64,000 bases of DNA from Octopus bimaculoides. Its lineage: Eukaryota. The stretch is taken from assembly GCF_001194135.2 (NCBI RefSeq), contig NC_068998.1, positions 22,545,069 through 22,609,068 of the forward strand. Direction: 5' to 3'. A program made the translations under genes and the position numbers. Position 1 is the first letter of the stretch. The number at the start of each line of letters is the position of its first letter. This document shows positions 13,497-27,431 of the stretch, piece after piece. The notes below the pieces were generated by a model, which was given only the letters and a program-made list of their open reading frames with translations, was not told where the DNA came from and made no database searches.

Positions 13497-13660
13497 CGAC
13501 GGGCTTCTTTCAATTTTCGTCTACCAAATCCACTCACAAAGCATTGATCGGCCCGAGAATATGATAGGCAACACTTCACCGACGTGCCACGCAGTGGGGC
13601 GGAACTCGGAACAATGTGGTTGGGAAGCAAGCTACTTACCAACCACTCGCGCTTGCGCAT
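13497..13660 (-). mobile_element. tRNA-derived SINE
   Basis: Minus strand begins gagtggttggtaagtagcttgcttcccaacc..gttccgagttccgccccactgcgtggcac (tRNA-like head, B-box-like GTTCCGAGTTCC) and ends in a (TA)/(TATG) tail. Confidence 0.75.
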
Positions 13661-14249
13661 ATTCATATATGAAGGGTTTTTATTCTTATATTTGCCCGCA
13701 GTGCACTGATAAATATCCAGGACATTCGTTTCAATAAATGTGGTACTGATTCTGGTAGAAAAGATGGTAGAATGCTGATTGAAGTATATGCTACTGTTAC
13801 TTTAAGCTGATGGCTTTAGAACGTTAGTCTTTTATATCTACTTTAAAGTTGTCCTCTGACTAATATATGTGGACACTTTTTACGAGAAATGTATTTCGAA
13901 TTTAAAAAGGATTTAAAATAGAGATGTGATCTTGTCTCCTTAGGAACTTAAATATTGTTCTTTGACACCACTAACCATACTGCTATGTAGTGTAATGTTT
14001 GAGTGCATGACTCGTATGGTTATATAATTTTTATCAATGTATTTATGAATTTTCACAAGGGAAATCTATTAGTTTACTAGCAGACGGAAGACTGCCGTCT
14101 CTATTATGCAGTCCATTGTTTATTAGCTGGAGCAAATGTTATCTCTAATTACAGACCCTTTAATATGGTAGTGTCATAAAATGAAATACATTCTTACTAT
14201 AGTTGCGGACATTTTTAGAGATGTATGGCGTTAATTCAGTGGAGTTACT

Positions 14250-14690
14250 AATGACAAACCTGAAAGTTAAATCTATGATAACAATTCTCATATTCCTCAC
14301 ACTCATCATTACAATTTTCATTATCCCCCTAAGAATTATTATTATCATGTCTGTCGTCATCAACATCAACTGCCTCAGCAACAGACGTATCGCAATTATC
14401 TTCACCACTCCCAGCATAATAATTTCCATTATCGTCTTCAGAATTATCGTTATAGTCACTGTCCTCATCAACAACAGCTGCCTCAGCAGCAGAAACTCTG
14501 CAGTCATCATCAACCCATTATATTAACATCGACCTAGCAACCCTGATCATCATCTTTATCATAATGTTGTTATCATAATCGTAGCCATGCATATTGTCTT
14601 CATCATCGTCGTTATTCTTTGCGGCTAATTATAATTATCATCCTCACCATTATCATAAATATCAACCTGACCCTCATAATAATACCGATT
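14250..14690. repeat. Degenerate (ATC/ATT)n low-complexity region with an internal ~45-bp duplication
   Basis: gtcgtcatcaacatcaactgcctcagcaacaga recurs ~110 bp later as gtcctcatcaacaacagctgcctcagcagcaga. Confidence 0.75.
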
Positions 14691-15529
14691 TGAGATGAAG
14701 ATAGTGTTCACAATTTTCTGAATCTTACCATTATCAGCCTATATCCTAGTTTGCGATATTTTGTCTCTGTCACGTATCTGGGTTCATGACAATAAAACAC
14801 ATTTGGTCAGTAAATATCTAACTATGAATAAGAAATACATTGTAGTTACTGTTAATCTTTTGAAAAGAGAAGTCATTAGTTCATGACTTTCAAGTTTTTA
14901 AATACGTTGACATAATTTATTTCCTTCTGTGTGTAAGGAAAATGACTAGGACTGATCCATTATGTTTGATGTTAGGGATTCTGAAGAGAAGAGGTAATTT
15001 CACTACTTTCCAGTCGCCTCTACACTAGTGAAGTCGAATCAACTGAGTTGGTTTCCAGTTTATGAAGGCAAAGTCGCCACGTTTTCAATCTAATACTAAT
15101 GAAATTATCCAATGTAGTACAGTATTATAGTTCTACTCATTGAAGATGCATATATATGGAATTTGTTAAATTATACATAGCTAGTTATGTTAGATAACAA
15201 TGTAATTAAATCAGCCTCTTGTCACAATGATTCATCATATATTATGCAAGATACTTTATTCAAAGTTACATTTGATTCCCTAACAATTACAATGTAATAG
15301 CAAATTTTAAGTTAATATTGCTATTTTCGAATATAGTGATATTTTCTCTATTTGATTCTTACGCTAATAATACCAATCTAATATATTTTAATTGCTTTGA
15401 GGGAGAAAATGATATTATGTATCTTACATTTTTCCTGACTATCTGAACATCACTACAGCCAAATTCATGATACCAATGAGTTTGTCAAATTCAACTTTAT
15501 ATAGAGGGCTTCAATGTACAGAAACTTGA

Positions 15530-16910
15530 GAGATGCCTAGAATATTTTTGCTACAGAGAGCGGGAGTATTCAATAAAGTTATTGGGATGAAGCGTGGTGT
15601 AGCTACTAAATACTAAGTATGAAGAGGAATCGGAATGTAAATTCTGACTACATAAGATTACTACTGAACCTCATTTTTAGGTTGCTGCGAAATAATGAGG
15701 TTTACATATATCTAGGAGTTTTGCAACGTGATAGGATAATGAATGGAAAACTGAGAGAGAAAGTCACTCAAGCGATAGATAGGCGGATTAGGAAGATGCA
15801 CGGAACAAATTAAAATGGAGAGTAAAATCATGAATATATGGGCTATGCCTGCATTAAGACTCCAAGCTCTCCTCATAAATATTCGAAGTTTGAGCTTCAT
15901 AACTACGATAAAATAACTAGAAAGCTGCTCACAATGCACATGCACAATTCACTCCAGCCTAAACGTAATGCCGACCGACTCTGCATGCCAATGAATGAGA
16001 TTGCAGAGGATTATTAAGTACAGAAGACACTATTGCATTACTAGGTAGGAAACATCATGTTGTACACAGTAAAGAGAAAGCACTTTTGGCAACCAGAAAT
16101 ACCTAAAAATTGATTGAACAAATAGAAGATCAAACGAAGAACAACAGAAAAATCAAATGGAAAGACATGAAACAGCATGGTCATTTCATGCAATAGATCA
16201 GGAATATTGGTGAAGATTTCTGGCTTTTCTTTTTTTTTGAGAACGTGAATTTGAAGCAAGAAAGCGCTAATTATTACCGCTCATGTACATGTCTTTGGGG
16301 GTAAATCTGATATGGGCAAAGGTAACATAACGCAACGAGACACGAAATGTAGAACGTGCAGGCAAGGATACGAGAGTATGAATAACTTTTTGATTGAGTC
16401 ACAAAGGGAATGTACGCACAAACATGACTGCGAGGTCAAAATAGTGCATTCGTATGTTTTTCGAGTGTATGGCTTCAAAAGAACAGGAGAGTGGTATAAA
16501 CACAGACTAGAGGTTCTCATAGAAAATTAAAATTACAAGATCTTAGGGTACTTCGCTATAAAGCATCCTCATAAAAGTGAAGGAAGAACGACCAGATATT
16601 ATTGTCAATGACAACATAGATTTTCCAACTCATTATAATAGCAGTGTCGAGTCCAAATAAATTTTAAATAGTGAGAAATATCGGGATCCGCCAGTGAAAC
16701 ACAGATACTTCAGAAGACCAAAACAACAATTACTCATGTTATAATTGGTGCGCTTGGCAAAATATTACGTAATGTCACAAAACGTTACGTAAAAGACTGC
16801 AAGTTATTGGAAGTGAGACTCGCCCTGACGACCTGCAAAAATGTACCATATAATGTTCTGCAAGAACCCTGAGAAAAATTCTTGAGATTTGAGGAATCTT
16901 GTTGTCTTAC
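15530..16910 (+). mobile_element. Dong/R4-like LINE 3' half (RT end, ZnF, RLE), heavily mutated
   Basis: YIYLGVLQRD..., RKLLTMH..., TKCRTCRQGYES..., WYKHRLEVLIEN, RRPDI, VIIGALGK and SARTLRKILEI read across frames. Confidence 0.8.
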
Positions 16911-16984
16911 CAAATGATGAATGTTCTGTTAATATAGTTTATATGGGTGAGAGTAATAATAAAAATTCCTAAAATTTTGATGGA

Positions 16985-17090
16985 GTGATCTAGACGGTAG
17001 TGCCCCACAAATACTTATTTCATCGGCCTGGATATCATGAAAAAGTAAATTTGACGGCGGCCGTATTTGAATCTAGAACACAGATAAGGT
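16985..17090 (-). mobile_element. SINE core fragment (family of 39591-40023)
   Basis: aaagtaaatttgacggcggccgtatttgaatctagaac resembles the reverse complement of gttctgagttcaaattccgccgaggtcgacttt. Confidence 0.5.
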
Positions 17091-18738
17091 CGTTATGCCT
17101 TTTGTTTTGCTTTGTAAGATTGAAACTTGTGCTATGAGGAAATTTTTCTCGTAATTTTATTGTAACTTTTAATTTTGATATTACATTTTCCTGATACGCA
17201 TAGTAATACAAGATTTACTAACACTGATACGTGTATTAATTATATAGAATATTAAGTGACTGAAAATAATAGAGCAGTAATATATGCACAAGAAAGACAA
17301 GCAAATACAATCTACTTTGTGCAGTATATATTCATTATATCTATAATTACTTCAAACGTATTTAAAGTTTTCTTTTTAGTTTGAATAATATTGAATTCAC
17401 GTTTTAATTTTATTTGGTGTACAGAAATTACAAATTACATATTCAATTTCATATATTCTTCTACTATTTACAGAAACATACATATGAAATACTGTATTTG
17501 AATTAAAATTTATTAATCCATTTGTAGATGAGGGAACATTTGCATTTCGATTTAAATCCTATACATATTTCAGAGCAATGAGTTCATACATATCAGTTGA
17601 ATGTATTTTCATAAATTAGAATATGTGGAAATATTTTACTTAAAAGTCGATTATATATGGCAGATGCATAATCTTGGGTGATTTTCAGCAAATGCAGAAC
17701 TTTACATATGTAGGAAAATACATACTTATATACAAGGGAATGTACACAATAAAACACAAATATAGATTAGGATACATATGTATGATGGGGTTAACATGTG
17801 TGTATGCATGTGCTGATGCAGTTTATATACAATTCCGCACTTTATATTGACTATATACGCAAACACACAAACACGCACTCACACACACACACATACACAT
17901 CTGTACATGTGTGTGCATGTGTAAGTGTTTGGGTGTGTGCATTCTTGAGAATTTCAGGAAATGTATGTGCGTATTGTATTAAATATGTTAATATCGGTAA
18001 TTTTTCGTTTTAGGATATGCGTTTCTCAAATATATATAAGGTGGCATTTCCATTTGACGTAGAAGCGTGCGTACCTATGAATATATTTGCTTGTGCAATT
18101 TTCAGTGAATGCGTGTGTGCATTTAGATGTGCCTGTCACAACATGTTTATAATAAAGATGTATCTTTACCTATTTTTCAGGTTTTAAAATCGTGCATGCA
18201 TGAGTTGTGTTTAAGCAGGGTAAACGTACATGTAATTTTTTTAACACTACCGATTATTATTTTCAAAACAAGCTTTTGTGTTTTGCAATGCAAATGTTCA
18301 ATATTTCCCCATGCGCACAGATATAAACTAAACATCTTAGCCGTAAACAGAAATTATTGTAAATATTTATTTGGGCTAAATTTGTTGGCAGTAAGCAAAT
18401 CAAGTATCTATTCGTAATGGCTCACCATATATCTAGAGATCTACCTTTCAATTACTTCTTTTCATGAACTGATAAATCTTGTCTCCCCAATTATGTCTGT
18501 ATCAGTATTATCAACTGGTCCAAAGTGTGCTTCATGTCTATTTTATAAGAGGTTTAGGAATATGTTCACGCTACAGTGATTGTTTTTTTTTTTTTACTTG
18601 TTATAATAGTTCAGCTAGTTTGTGCAAAACTTTAATTCATTTCTAAACTCAATTCGTTTTGCATATAATAACGGGTAAGATTATATATCATAAAATAATG
18701 AGGAAGAATCGAATATTACTGTTACATATGTGGACATT

Positions 18739-18793
18739 GCAATAACATGATCTGCAAATAACATGATCTGCAAAACATGATCTGCAAAACATG
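18739..18793. repeat. Short tandem repeat, 14-16 bp unit (GCAAAACATGATCT) x ~3.7
   Basis: Seen directly. Confidence 0.9.
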
Positions 18794-21001
18794 CCGGTCT
18801 AAAAAACATTGTGGGAATAGAGAAAGGAGTGATTGTTCGTGATTGGTATATGGCTGATTGAGTGTACAATGCACTTAATACAGAGCAGCTAACACCAGTG
18901 AGTATACCACTACTCATAAGATATCCCTAAGCCAAATTTTTTTCCAAAGGTTTTCAAATTGGAAGCCCTTCTGAAGAGGCAAAATGACATGAGTTAACAT
19001 TTTACGGTATGATGGACAACAAAAGCAACAAAACCGCATTATGAGTTATTGCATTTCTAGATTATCTAAATATACTGATAGTATTTATATTTCAAAATAT
19101 ATTTTTTGTTATCCATTTATTTTTATTTAGTTTATAGCATAAGGTTATATTTGTATTTTAGTTCAAGGGACCATTTATAGGGATTTTAGCTGCTATTGTA
19201 TAGAATAAAAAGGTGATTGACAAGTGTGAAATCAATTTGAGGACACATATCAAACAAACCTAATGCAGATACATGTTTAGGAACAAATTAGGTTAACACG
19301 TATTTCACATGCAGAGACGTCCAGCTGTTTTCATGACTTCCAACTAACAAAGTTTCTGTTCATTTAAGGTAACACATATCTATTAATTGTTGCAAATATT
19401 GATAAAAGTAAATCGTTAATTAAATTATATAATGAGAATGATATAGTATTAAAATATACCTAGGAATAATACATTTAAAAAATAAATCTACAACAATATT
19501 AAAGCAAACGAAACGTTGCTTCTTGTTGGGCGTTATTCAAGTAGAGATTATATACATCGGTATCTTTTCCATATTAAAACTAGAAAGTTTTGGATGATAA
19601 AGGGAAAGAAAGAGACGGAGTGTCAAACAAAAACAACACTTGAAAATTGTTGCAAATTTACATGCGACGGATGGACACACACACACAAACACACGTGCAC
19701 GCACACACATACACACGCACATACAGACACACTTATATATCATTATAATATTTGATTAGAAAAAGAAACTTTACACAATTTAGAAGCGGAAGCAGAAGAA
19801 ATGCACAGAACCTTATATTCAGTTGTCAAGTTTATTACTTCGTGAGTATATTACGATGGCAAGACGGGAAATTAAGTCATCGGCATACCCTGACGGAAAG
19901 TTTACCGACAAATTGATGTTACAAGTTATGAGAATTCACAGGGAAAGATAATACTTATTCTCTGTTTTGTGCAATATGAGGAAAACAACTGATACTTGGC
20001 ATCTTTAAATTGTACGAGAAAAAGGGGGTGAATGTGTGAAATTTTGTTTCAAACAGGGATAGAGACACCCACACATATATGTAAATAGAATACTTTTCAT
20101 TCTATATCTCCTTGTTAAACTCTACGTCATATTATTTTGTGCCCAGGCTAAACACATGCAGTCAACAAAGCAATTATGGGGAGAGATTCATTAATCTCAA
20201 GTATAGTTATAACTCCTTTTAGATATATAATGTTTCCTGCTAAATTATTATTATTATTAAATAAATATATTTTCCATGTGAGTATTCATAATTTCTTACA
20301 TCAGCTTGTAGGTAACCTTTCTTTAAGGTCATCCTCAGAAATATTTATATTTCAAATTTTCTCTTGTGCACGTACTATAGATTAACGTCAAGGTAAAACC
20401 AATTTATAATTACCAGTGTAATTATATTTTTATAGAAAGCACAAATTAAAGTGGGGGAAAACCTGCAAATTATTGATCTATATATCTGGCTTATATTCTT
20501 ACACAAATATCGGTAGATACGCAGGTTTGGGTCTTAATACGCTTGCTTTCTAACCATGTGGTTTTGAATTTAATAACATTGCATGGCACCTTAGCAAATG
20601 TCTGCATTATAGCCCTGCGCCTATCAAGGACACCATTGTATATATATATNNNNNNNNNNNNNNNNNNNNNNNNNNNNNNNNNNNNNNNNNNNNNNNNNNN
20701 NNNNNNNNNNNNNNNNNNNNNNNNNNNNNNNNNNNNNNNNNNNNNNNNNNNNNNNNNNNNNNNNNNNNNNNNNNNNNNNNNNNNNNNNNNNNNNNNNNNN
20801 NNNNNNNNNNNNNNNNNNNNNNNNNNNNNNNNNNNNNNNNNNNNNNNNNNNNNNNNNNNNNNNNNNNNNNNNNNNNNNNNNNNNNNNNNNNNNNNNNNNN
20901 NNNNNNNNNNNNNNNNNNNNNNNNNNNNNNNNNNNNNNNNNNNNNNNNNNNNNNNNNNNNNNNNNNNNNNNNNNNNNNNNNNNNNNNNNNNNNNNNNNNN
21001 N

Positions 21002-21150
21002 CTAGTGTCGGTTTGTTTATGTCACCGTAACTTAGAGGCCCATAAAATAAGTACAATACTTAAAAATAAGTAATGGGGTCAATTTGTTTGAGTAAACCAT
21101 TTAAAGCGGTGCCCCAGTATGGCGGCAGTTCAATGACTGAAACATATAAA
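21002..21150 (+). mobile_element. SINE 3' portion
   Basis: aaaataagtac..ggggtcaatttgtttgagtaaa..gcggtgccccagtatggcggcagttcaatgactgaaaca, the family of 12130-12360. Confidence 0.65.
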
Positions 21151-21959
21151 ATAGGAGGCTCTCATTTGTTAGTATAACAATATCATTTACTGTTGTCGCT
21201 CATTTTCTTCCTTGTTACTTGCAGATGAATCTTGACGTTAAGTTATTTCAAAGAAGCATAACCAATTATACTGGAGCTAAGCTACCGAAACGGGTACCAA
21301 AATGGATATGACTACATGGGGTTATCATGCGATTGCAAAATTCAAGATCAATCTATTGCTCTTTTATGAACATAGGGCTAAATTTAATGTTATGTCTATA
21401 TAGCAATAGAAATTGAAATCTGACTTTCAAATTGAATTTATTTCTGCTTAATGGCGTATATAAGGAATGATGTAATGTTAATGACATTGTTTTGCTTAGA
21501 AATAAAGGTATTGCAAATAAATGACTTTAGTCAAAATTCAAATGTAATATTTTGTTCAGATACTTGAAAGGTTTGTGTATTTTAAAATTTAGGAAATAAC
21601 GATCCATGAGCAAGGGGGAAATGCTGACATGATTGTCGTTGATACGCACTCACCGCGTAATGATGCTAGAATGCACTAGATCGAAAATTATTATCATATA
21701 ACAGCTGTGTTAGGGAGAAATTCTGTAATGTGTTTATAGCAATTTGGGAGGTCAGATTCAGTGGAATTCATGATAAACCAAACAATACTGCATTCACAGA
21801 TTTGACACTGCTTTCGTGCCTTATGGAGTTATACTGTTAAAGAAACAACCACTAACAAATAATCAGCAGTGATACATTGAAAACTATTCGAAAATGTATA
21901 ATGAATACCACGAATCAATGCTAAATGATTGCCAAATGATGTTACCAACATTATTTACA

Positions 21960-22430
21960 AGCTACAAAGTGGGAAAGAAACCCGTTCGTTTATGTTTTCC
22001 TGGAACAACTGTGGTATGTGATAAGAGATAATTTGAGCATGTTCCTGTGAAATTTCTCTAATAATTTTGAATATTTCCGTTGTCTGCTGCTCATGGTTTA
22101 AGAATATCCCAGATCCTATTATTTTCTTCATATTCGCGGTTATTTTAAAAGTTTGCTCTTGAAATGTATAAATTGAAATGTCCAAGAATTGTCTTGTATT
22201 ACAATAGAATTGTTTCGCTATTTGGGATAGTGTGGGAGGAAATGGGGCGCTTTTAATTCACCGACCATATAATCTGATAAAAACATAGTGGTAACTCTGT
22301 AAATAGGTGGAGCCAGTGACTGCGGCAGTAAATTAAGGATAATAAAGGAGTGAGTTGGTGTATCCATCGTAGCGGTCTGGGAGGAATATGAAGCTAGAGA
22401 CAATTGTTTATTATACTTCCGTATTGTAGA
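21960..22430 (-). mobile_element. Possible Penelope-like RT N-terminal remnant
   Basis: Weak similarity by eye to the PLE pre-RT region (..LSDYMVGELKAPHFLPHYPK, compare LSxYLDxxLxPxxxxLPHYxKD). Confidence 0.35.
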
Positions 22431-23854
22431 GTATGCATTCAGGAAGAATGAATAAGTGACGTACGTAGGTATGTATGTGTATATATATNNNNNNNNNNNN
22501 NNNNNNNNNNNNNNNNNNNNNNNNNNNNNNNNNNNNNNNNNNNNNNNNNNNNNNNNNNNNNNNNNNNNNNNNNNNNNNNNNNNNNNNNNNNNNNNNNNNN
22601 NNNNNNNNNNNNNNNNNNNNNNNNNNNNNNNNNNNNNNNNNNNNNNNNNNNNNNNNNNNNNNNNNNNNNNNNNNNNNNNNNNNNNNNNNNNNNNNNNNNN
22701 NNNNNNNNNNNNNNNNNNNNNNNNNNNNNNNNNNNNNNNNNNNNNNNNNNNNNNNNNNNNNNNNNNNNNNNNNNNNNNNNNNNNNNNNNNNNNNNNNNNN
22801 NNNNNNNNNNNNNNNNNNNNNNNNNNNNNNNNNNNNNNNNNNNNNNNNNNNNNNNNNNNNNNNNNNNNNNNNNNNNNNNNNNNNNNNNNNNNNNNNNNNN
22901 NNNNNNNNNNNNNNNNNNNNNNNNNNNNNNNNNNNNNNNNNNNNNNNNNNNNNNNNNNNNNNNNNNNNNNNNNNNNNNNNNNNNNNNNNNNNNNNNNNNN
23001 NNNNNNNNNNNNNNNNNNNNNNNNNNNNNNNNNNNNNNNNNNNNNNNNNNNNNNNNNNNNNNNNNNNNNNNNNNNNNNNNNNNNNNNNNNNNNNNNNNNN
23101 NNNNNNNNNNNNNNNNNNNNNNNNNNNNNNNNNNNNNNNNNNNNNNNNNNNNNNNNNNNNNNNNNNNNNNNNNNNNNNNNNNNNNNNNNNNNNNNNNNNN
23201 NNNNNNNNNNNNNNNNNNNNNNNNNNNNNNNNNNNNNNNNNNNNNNNNNNNNNNNNNNNNNNNNNNNNNNNNNNNNNNNNNNNNNNNNNNNNNNNNNNNN
23301 NNNNNNNNNNNNNNNNNNNNNNNNNNNNNNNNNNNNNNNNNNNNNNNNNNNNNNNNNNNNNNNNNNNNNNNNNNNNNNNNNNNNNNNNNNNNNNNNNNNN
23401 NNNNNNNNNNNNNNNNNNNNNNNNNNNNNNNNNNNNNNNNNNNNNNNNNNNNNNNNNNNNNNNNNNNNNNNNNNNATATATATATATATATATAGTTAGT
23501 CCATCGGTGTCCGATGTTGGCAAAGTCTGTATTTTGCAGGTGTCACTGCGATAGTCTGTTGACTGGACTGCATGTTCGAGACGGTGTCACTGTCATCTTA
23601 GAAAGCAGTTGCTGCTCATGACACGAGAAACTTTTACGTTGATCTGTTAGCATTTAAGTTTCGAATTCGCCTGGGCAACACCATTCGATGTTTCTTTTCG
23701 GAATAGCTTTGTATATCAGTTTATATAAACTATGGTATAAGAAAATATATCATTGATTAAACTCGAAAGAGGAAAATAATGGAGAGAAAGCTTTCCTGCT
23801 AGTATTGAATGCAGGTCCCAAATTGTGACATATGCCCAGCAATTCAGGGGAGGG

Positions 23855-23965
23855 GAAAGGTCAGTTACATCGACCCTAGTTCTCAAGTTGTACATATTTT
23901 ATCGACCTCAAAGAACGAAAGCCAAAACTGACTTCGATGGAATTTGAACTCAGAACAGATGAAAT
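23855..23965 (-). mobile_element. SINE core fragment
   Basis: tacatcgaccctagt..tttatcgacctc..ggaatttgaactcagaac is the reverse complement of the 39591-type core. Confidence 0.6.
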
Positions 23966-26226
23966 GCTACCCTACTTTCGCATGAATATTAAAAAAAATT
24001 CATGAGGAGCGGCGAGTGATAGAAAATAATAAGTTGACACAACCTCTCTCAAATTAACTGGAATATCATTTTAAACCTCGGGATAGGATCAGGTGATGAT
24101 AGAAGGAAGCAGTTAGAAGCGTTTGAGAGTTGAATTATATGATTGCTGTTCAGAAGTAGCACTTTTATTATTCATCGTCAGAGAACCATGTGTCAAATTT
24201 CTGTTATTTTATTGAACGTCTTTAGAACGGACATGGTTTGTGGTCCATAGATAGAGTACATTTCGTAGAATCTTGTACTTGCCACATACTAATGCAACTA
24301 TGTAATGTGACAAGAAGAAGAAAAAAAAACGATAAAGAATGGTCGAATCTTGGTTAATCATTTTGAAATTATTTATATCCGGATGTTGTCATAATATTTT
24401 CAGTTACAAATAGATCCAGACATGAAGACACCTTTTGTCTTGCTGTACTTGGATGTATATTACAAGACTCAAGATCTGAAGCTTACTGCAGTCATTTTAG
24501 CATTATTTTTAATTTATATAAGCAATAGGATATTAACCTAATATTAAATTTACTATTAATATTTTTACTGTGACCTTGGAATAATTTTCGTTGTATATTC
24601 TCGTACATATTTTTTTTAAAAATTGTGATACTTTTATAATCGTATAATCTTATGTTGTGCATATCATTATTGGTAATTTAAAACTACCAGCCTTCTGCAG
24701 TGTTTATTATTAGTTATTAGCAAATGCTTTCAGACATATTTTATCGTTTTGGTTCAGTTGAGATAATTATCCTGTAATAGATTTAAATGATCGGTGTATA
24801 TATATTTCAATAATGAATGTGCATGTATATTGATCAAATTAATTGTATATGAGAAAAATATAAAGTCCACCATTTAGTATAATTTTTCTTTCCCTCTCCC
24901 TTTTATTCCCACTCTACTCTATGCTACACATATATTGTTCTAATTCTTAAAAAACTATCAGAGAAAACAAAATGAGGCATGAAAACGATAAACATTCCTT
25001 CTTGCTCTACAGAATGGTAGTCACTTTTAATGACCATTTTATTTGAAATAAAACTAACCATTTCATTTTAATTTCATTTGCTCTTAAGACTATCACTTGT
25101 TATATACCCCGTTATATATCTAAAGAAATATGAATTGCTTTTATGCCCGTGTGTGAGAATACATTTTTATAAAATTTTGCTTTTGAGTTTGTGATTGCTT
25201 ATTTACTGTTGTGTGTCTCCTCTTCCCTTATCCGAAATTTTCTTTTTTACAGTTTCAATAAATGTTTATAAAATAAATGGAAATCTCTTGCTATTTGGAA
25301 AATTTTATGGCTGAAGGTTTTCATCCGTGGGAAGAGAAAAAAAAAACTACTGTTTTAATCCGATTACGTTGATATTTAAAAACAGAAATATTGTTTCTCA
25401 TTTGTTTGTTTCCCATATTCATAGCTTAATTTATAATCAAAATATTTTAAAAAGACTTAGAAAGTTATTTATTTTTAGTGTTTTGTTACCCCTAAGGAAT
25501 AAATAAACCATTTTAATTCTCCAAGATTATATGCTGTTACAATTCCTGCTTTATTTTTTACATAGCTGACTACATTAATTCTTTTATCTTTAGACATTAT
25601 TAGCAAAATTCTCACGAGATGCATTTATTTTTTTTATATTTCACATTGTTGATCATTCAATAAGTGTATTATCATATCCTTAATGCCATACCAAACATTT
25701 GTGTAGTTTTCAATATAAAATCTATTATACATGTTTATTTAATTTTACTGATAACCAAACTTTTCTGTGTCTCCAGATGGAGGTGCATAAAATATGAAAA
25801 CAAACGTACAAAAATGTCAAAAAACTTAAACAAGTGTTATATGGAGAAATAATATTCTTTGATTTACTGAATTATTTTAAAGGAACAACTTCTAAATTCC
25901 ATTCAAGTTACATTATTCGATATCTTTATGATAACCCATATGTCGATCGTCCTTAAACCTGCAGTAAAATATACTTAATAGCATAGCAGGTCATGTTACA
26001 TTACCCCAGTCAAAGAAAATATTATATAAGAAGAAAGGAAGAGAACAACAGCGTAACAACTCTTTTTGCATAATTATTTACTTTTAGATGATAATATTTT
26101 ATTTACCATGAACATGATTATAACACTAAAAATATTTGAAACGATAAAATATTTTTGAAGATATGGCTGACAGTAGAAGGCGCATGAACACATATACATA
26201 CATACATACATACATACATGCATAAC

Positions 26227-27431
26227 AGGTCATTAAGAATGAAATGTCCGATTTTGAACTGAATTATATTTTACATCTCAACAAAGAGCACTGCCATTAA
26301 TCAAAGTATGCACCTAAATTATCAGCATAATTTGCTGGCTCCAAAGAATTCTGAAGAGAAGAATGTTACGAAATTCCGAAAGGCAGTTTTTGCATCGGCT
26401 TCAGATTTAAAGTTTTTTTCTTGACAATAAGTTGTCTAATGCCTGGTAATCAGCTGGTGCACAGTCTGTTGAATATGAGGGATGACAGAGTACGTCCAAG
26501 TTCAACTCCTGTAACTTGAGTAGCGTTCTTTGAGTAACATGTGGTCGAGCATTGTTGCAAGAGAATTGGGCTGTTTTATTGACCAATTTCGGTTGTTTAA
26601 TTGCGAGTTCAGTTATCGTTTCATCCAAATGGTTGATGTATACATCCGTTGTACTTGACTTACCAAATCTCATGAAACTGCGGTGGATGACGCCAGCGCT
26701 GGACCGCCGAACAATCATCATTAGTTTTTGTGTGTATATTCTCTTTTGGATTGTCTTTTGGCACTTCATCTCTGGGCACCCACCGTGCAGAATGCTTGCT
26801 ATTGTTGAAAACAATCCATTTTTCAGCACACGTAAAAATCCAATGCAAATATGGTTTGCTTTTATGCCGTGACAGCAAAGAACAGCAAGTTTTAAGACGG
26901 CGTATCATTTGATGCTCATTCAGTTTGTGTGGTACCCACTGTTCCTGCGTATTTACCTTGCCGGTTTGTTTCAGATGGTCCAATATAGTGGGAATTGAAA
27001 CATCAAACCTTGCTGCTAATTCACGCGTAGTTTGAGATGTATCTACTTTCACTACAGTTTCCAGCTCAGCATTATCCACATTTGCATCAGGTCTAACACA
27101 AGGTTGATTTTCAAGAGGAAGGTCACCAGACCGGAACCATCGATGTACAGTGTGCTCATTCACCACATCTTCTCCAAACACATCATTGCTGATTCAAGCT
27201 GTCTATAATGCATTGGATTCACGACGGAACGCACATTCATAAACAACAAAAATTTTATTTATCCATGGGTTCGGAAAACATGATTTACAAGAGACACCTA
27301 ACAAGAAAATGAAACACCATGAATTGCAATGCAAAAAGTGATGTCTCTTTTTAATGTTATTAAACAAAGTATTGTTAGCGACTGTCAAACCTGTTGCATC
27401 AGAAAATCGGACATTTCATTTTTAATGACCT
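26227..27431 (-). mobile_element. Mariner (Tc1/mariner, Mos1/SETMAR-like) DNA transposon, near full length, inactive
   Basis: 29-bp TIRs at 26227-26255 (aggtcattaagaatgaaatgtccgatttt) and 27403-27431, one mismatch. Two frameshifted ORFs carry WVPHKL, TCAEKW (TCDEKW), CNNARPH (HDNARPH) and YSTDCAPADY (YSPDLAPSDY). TA follows the right end at 27432-27433. Confidence 0.95.
26407..27181 (-). pseudogene. Mariner transposase pseudogene
   Basis: ORFs 26660-27181 and 26407-26829 overlap in different frames. The first catalytic Asp is changed to Ala and the second to Asn. Confidence 0.9.

Noticed and set aside
14160-14526. Ile-rich ORFs of 107-117 aa on both strands
   Set aside because: They derive from degenerate ATC/ATT low-complexity sequence.
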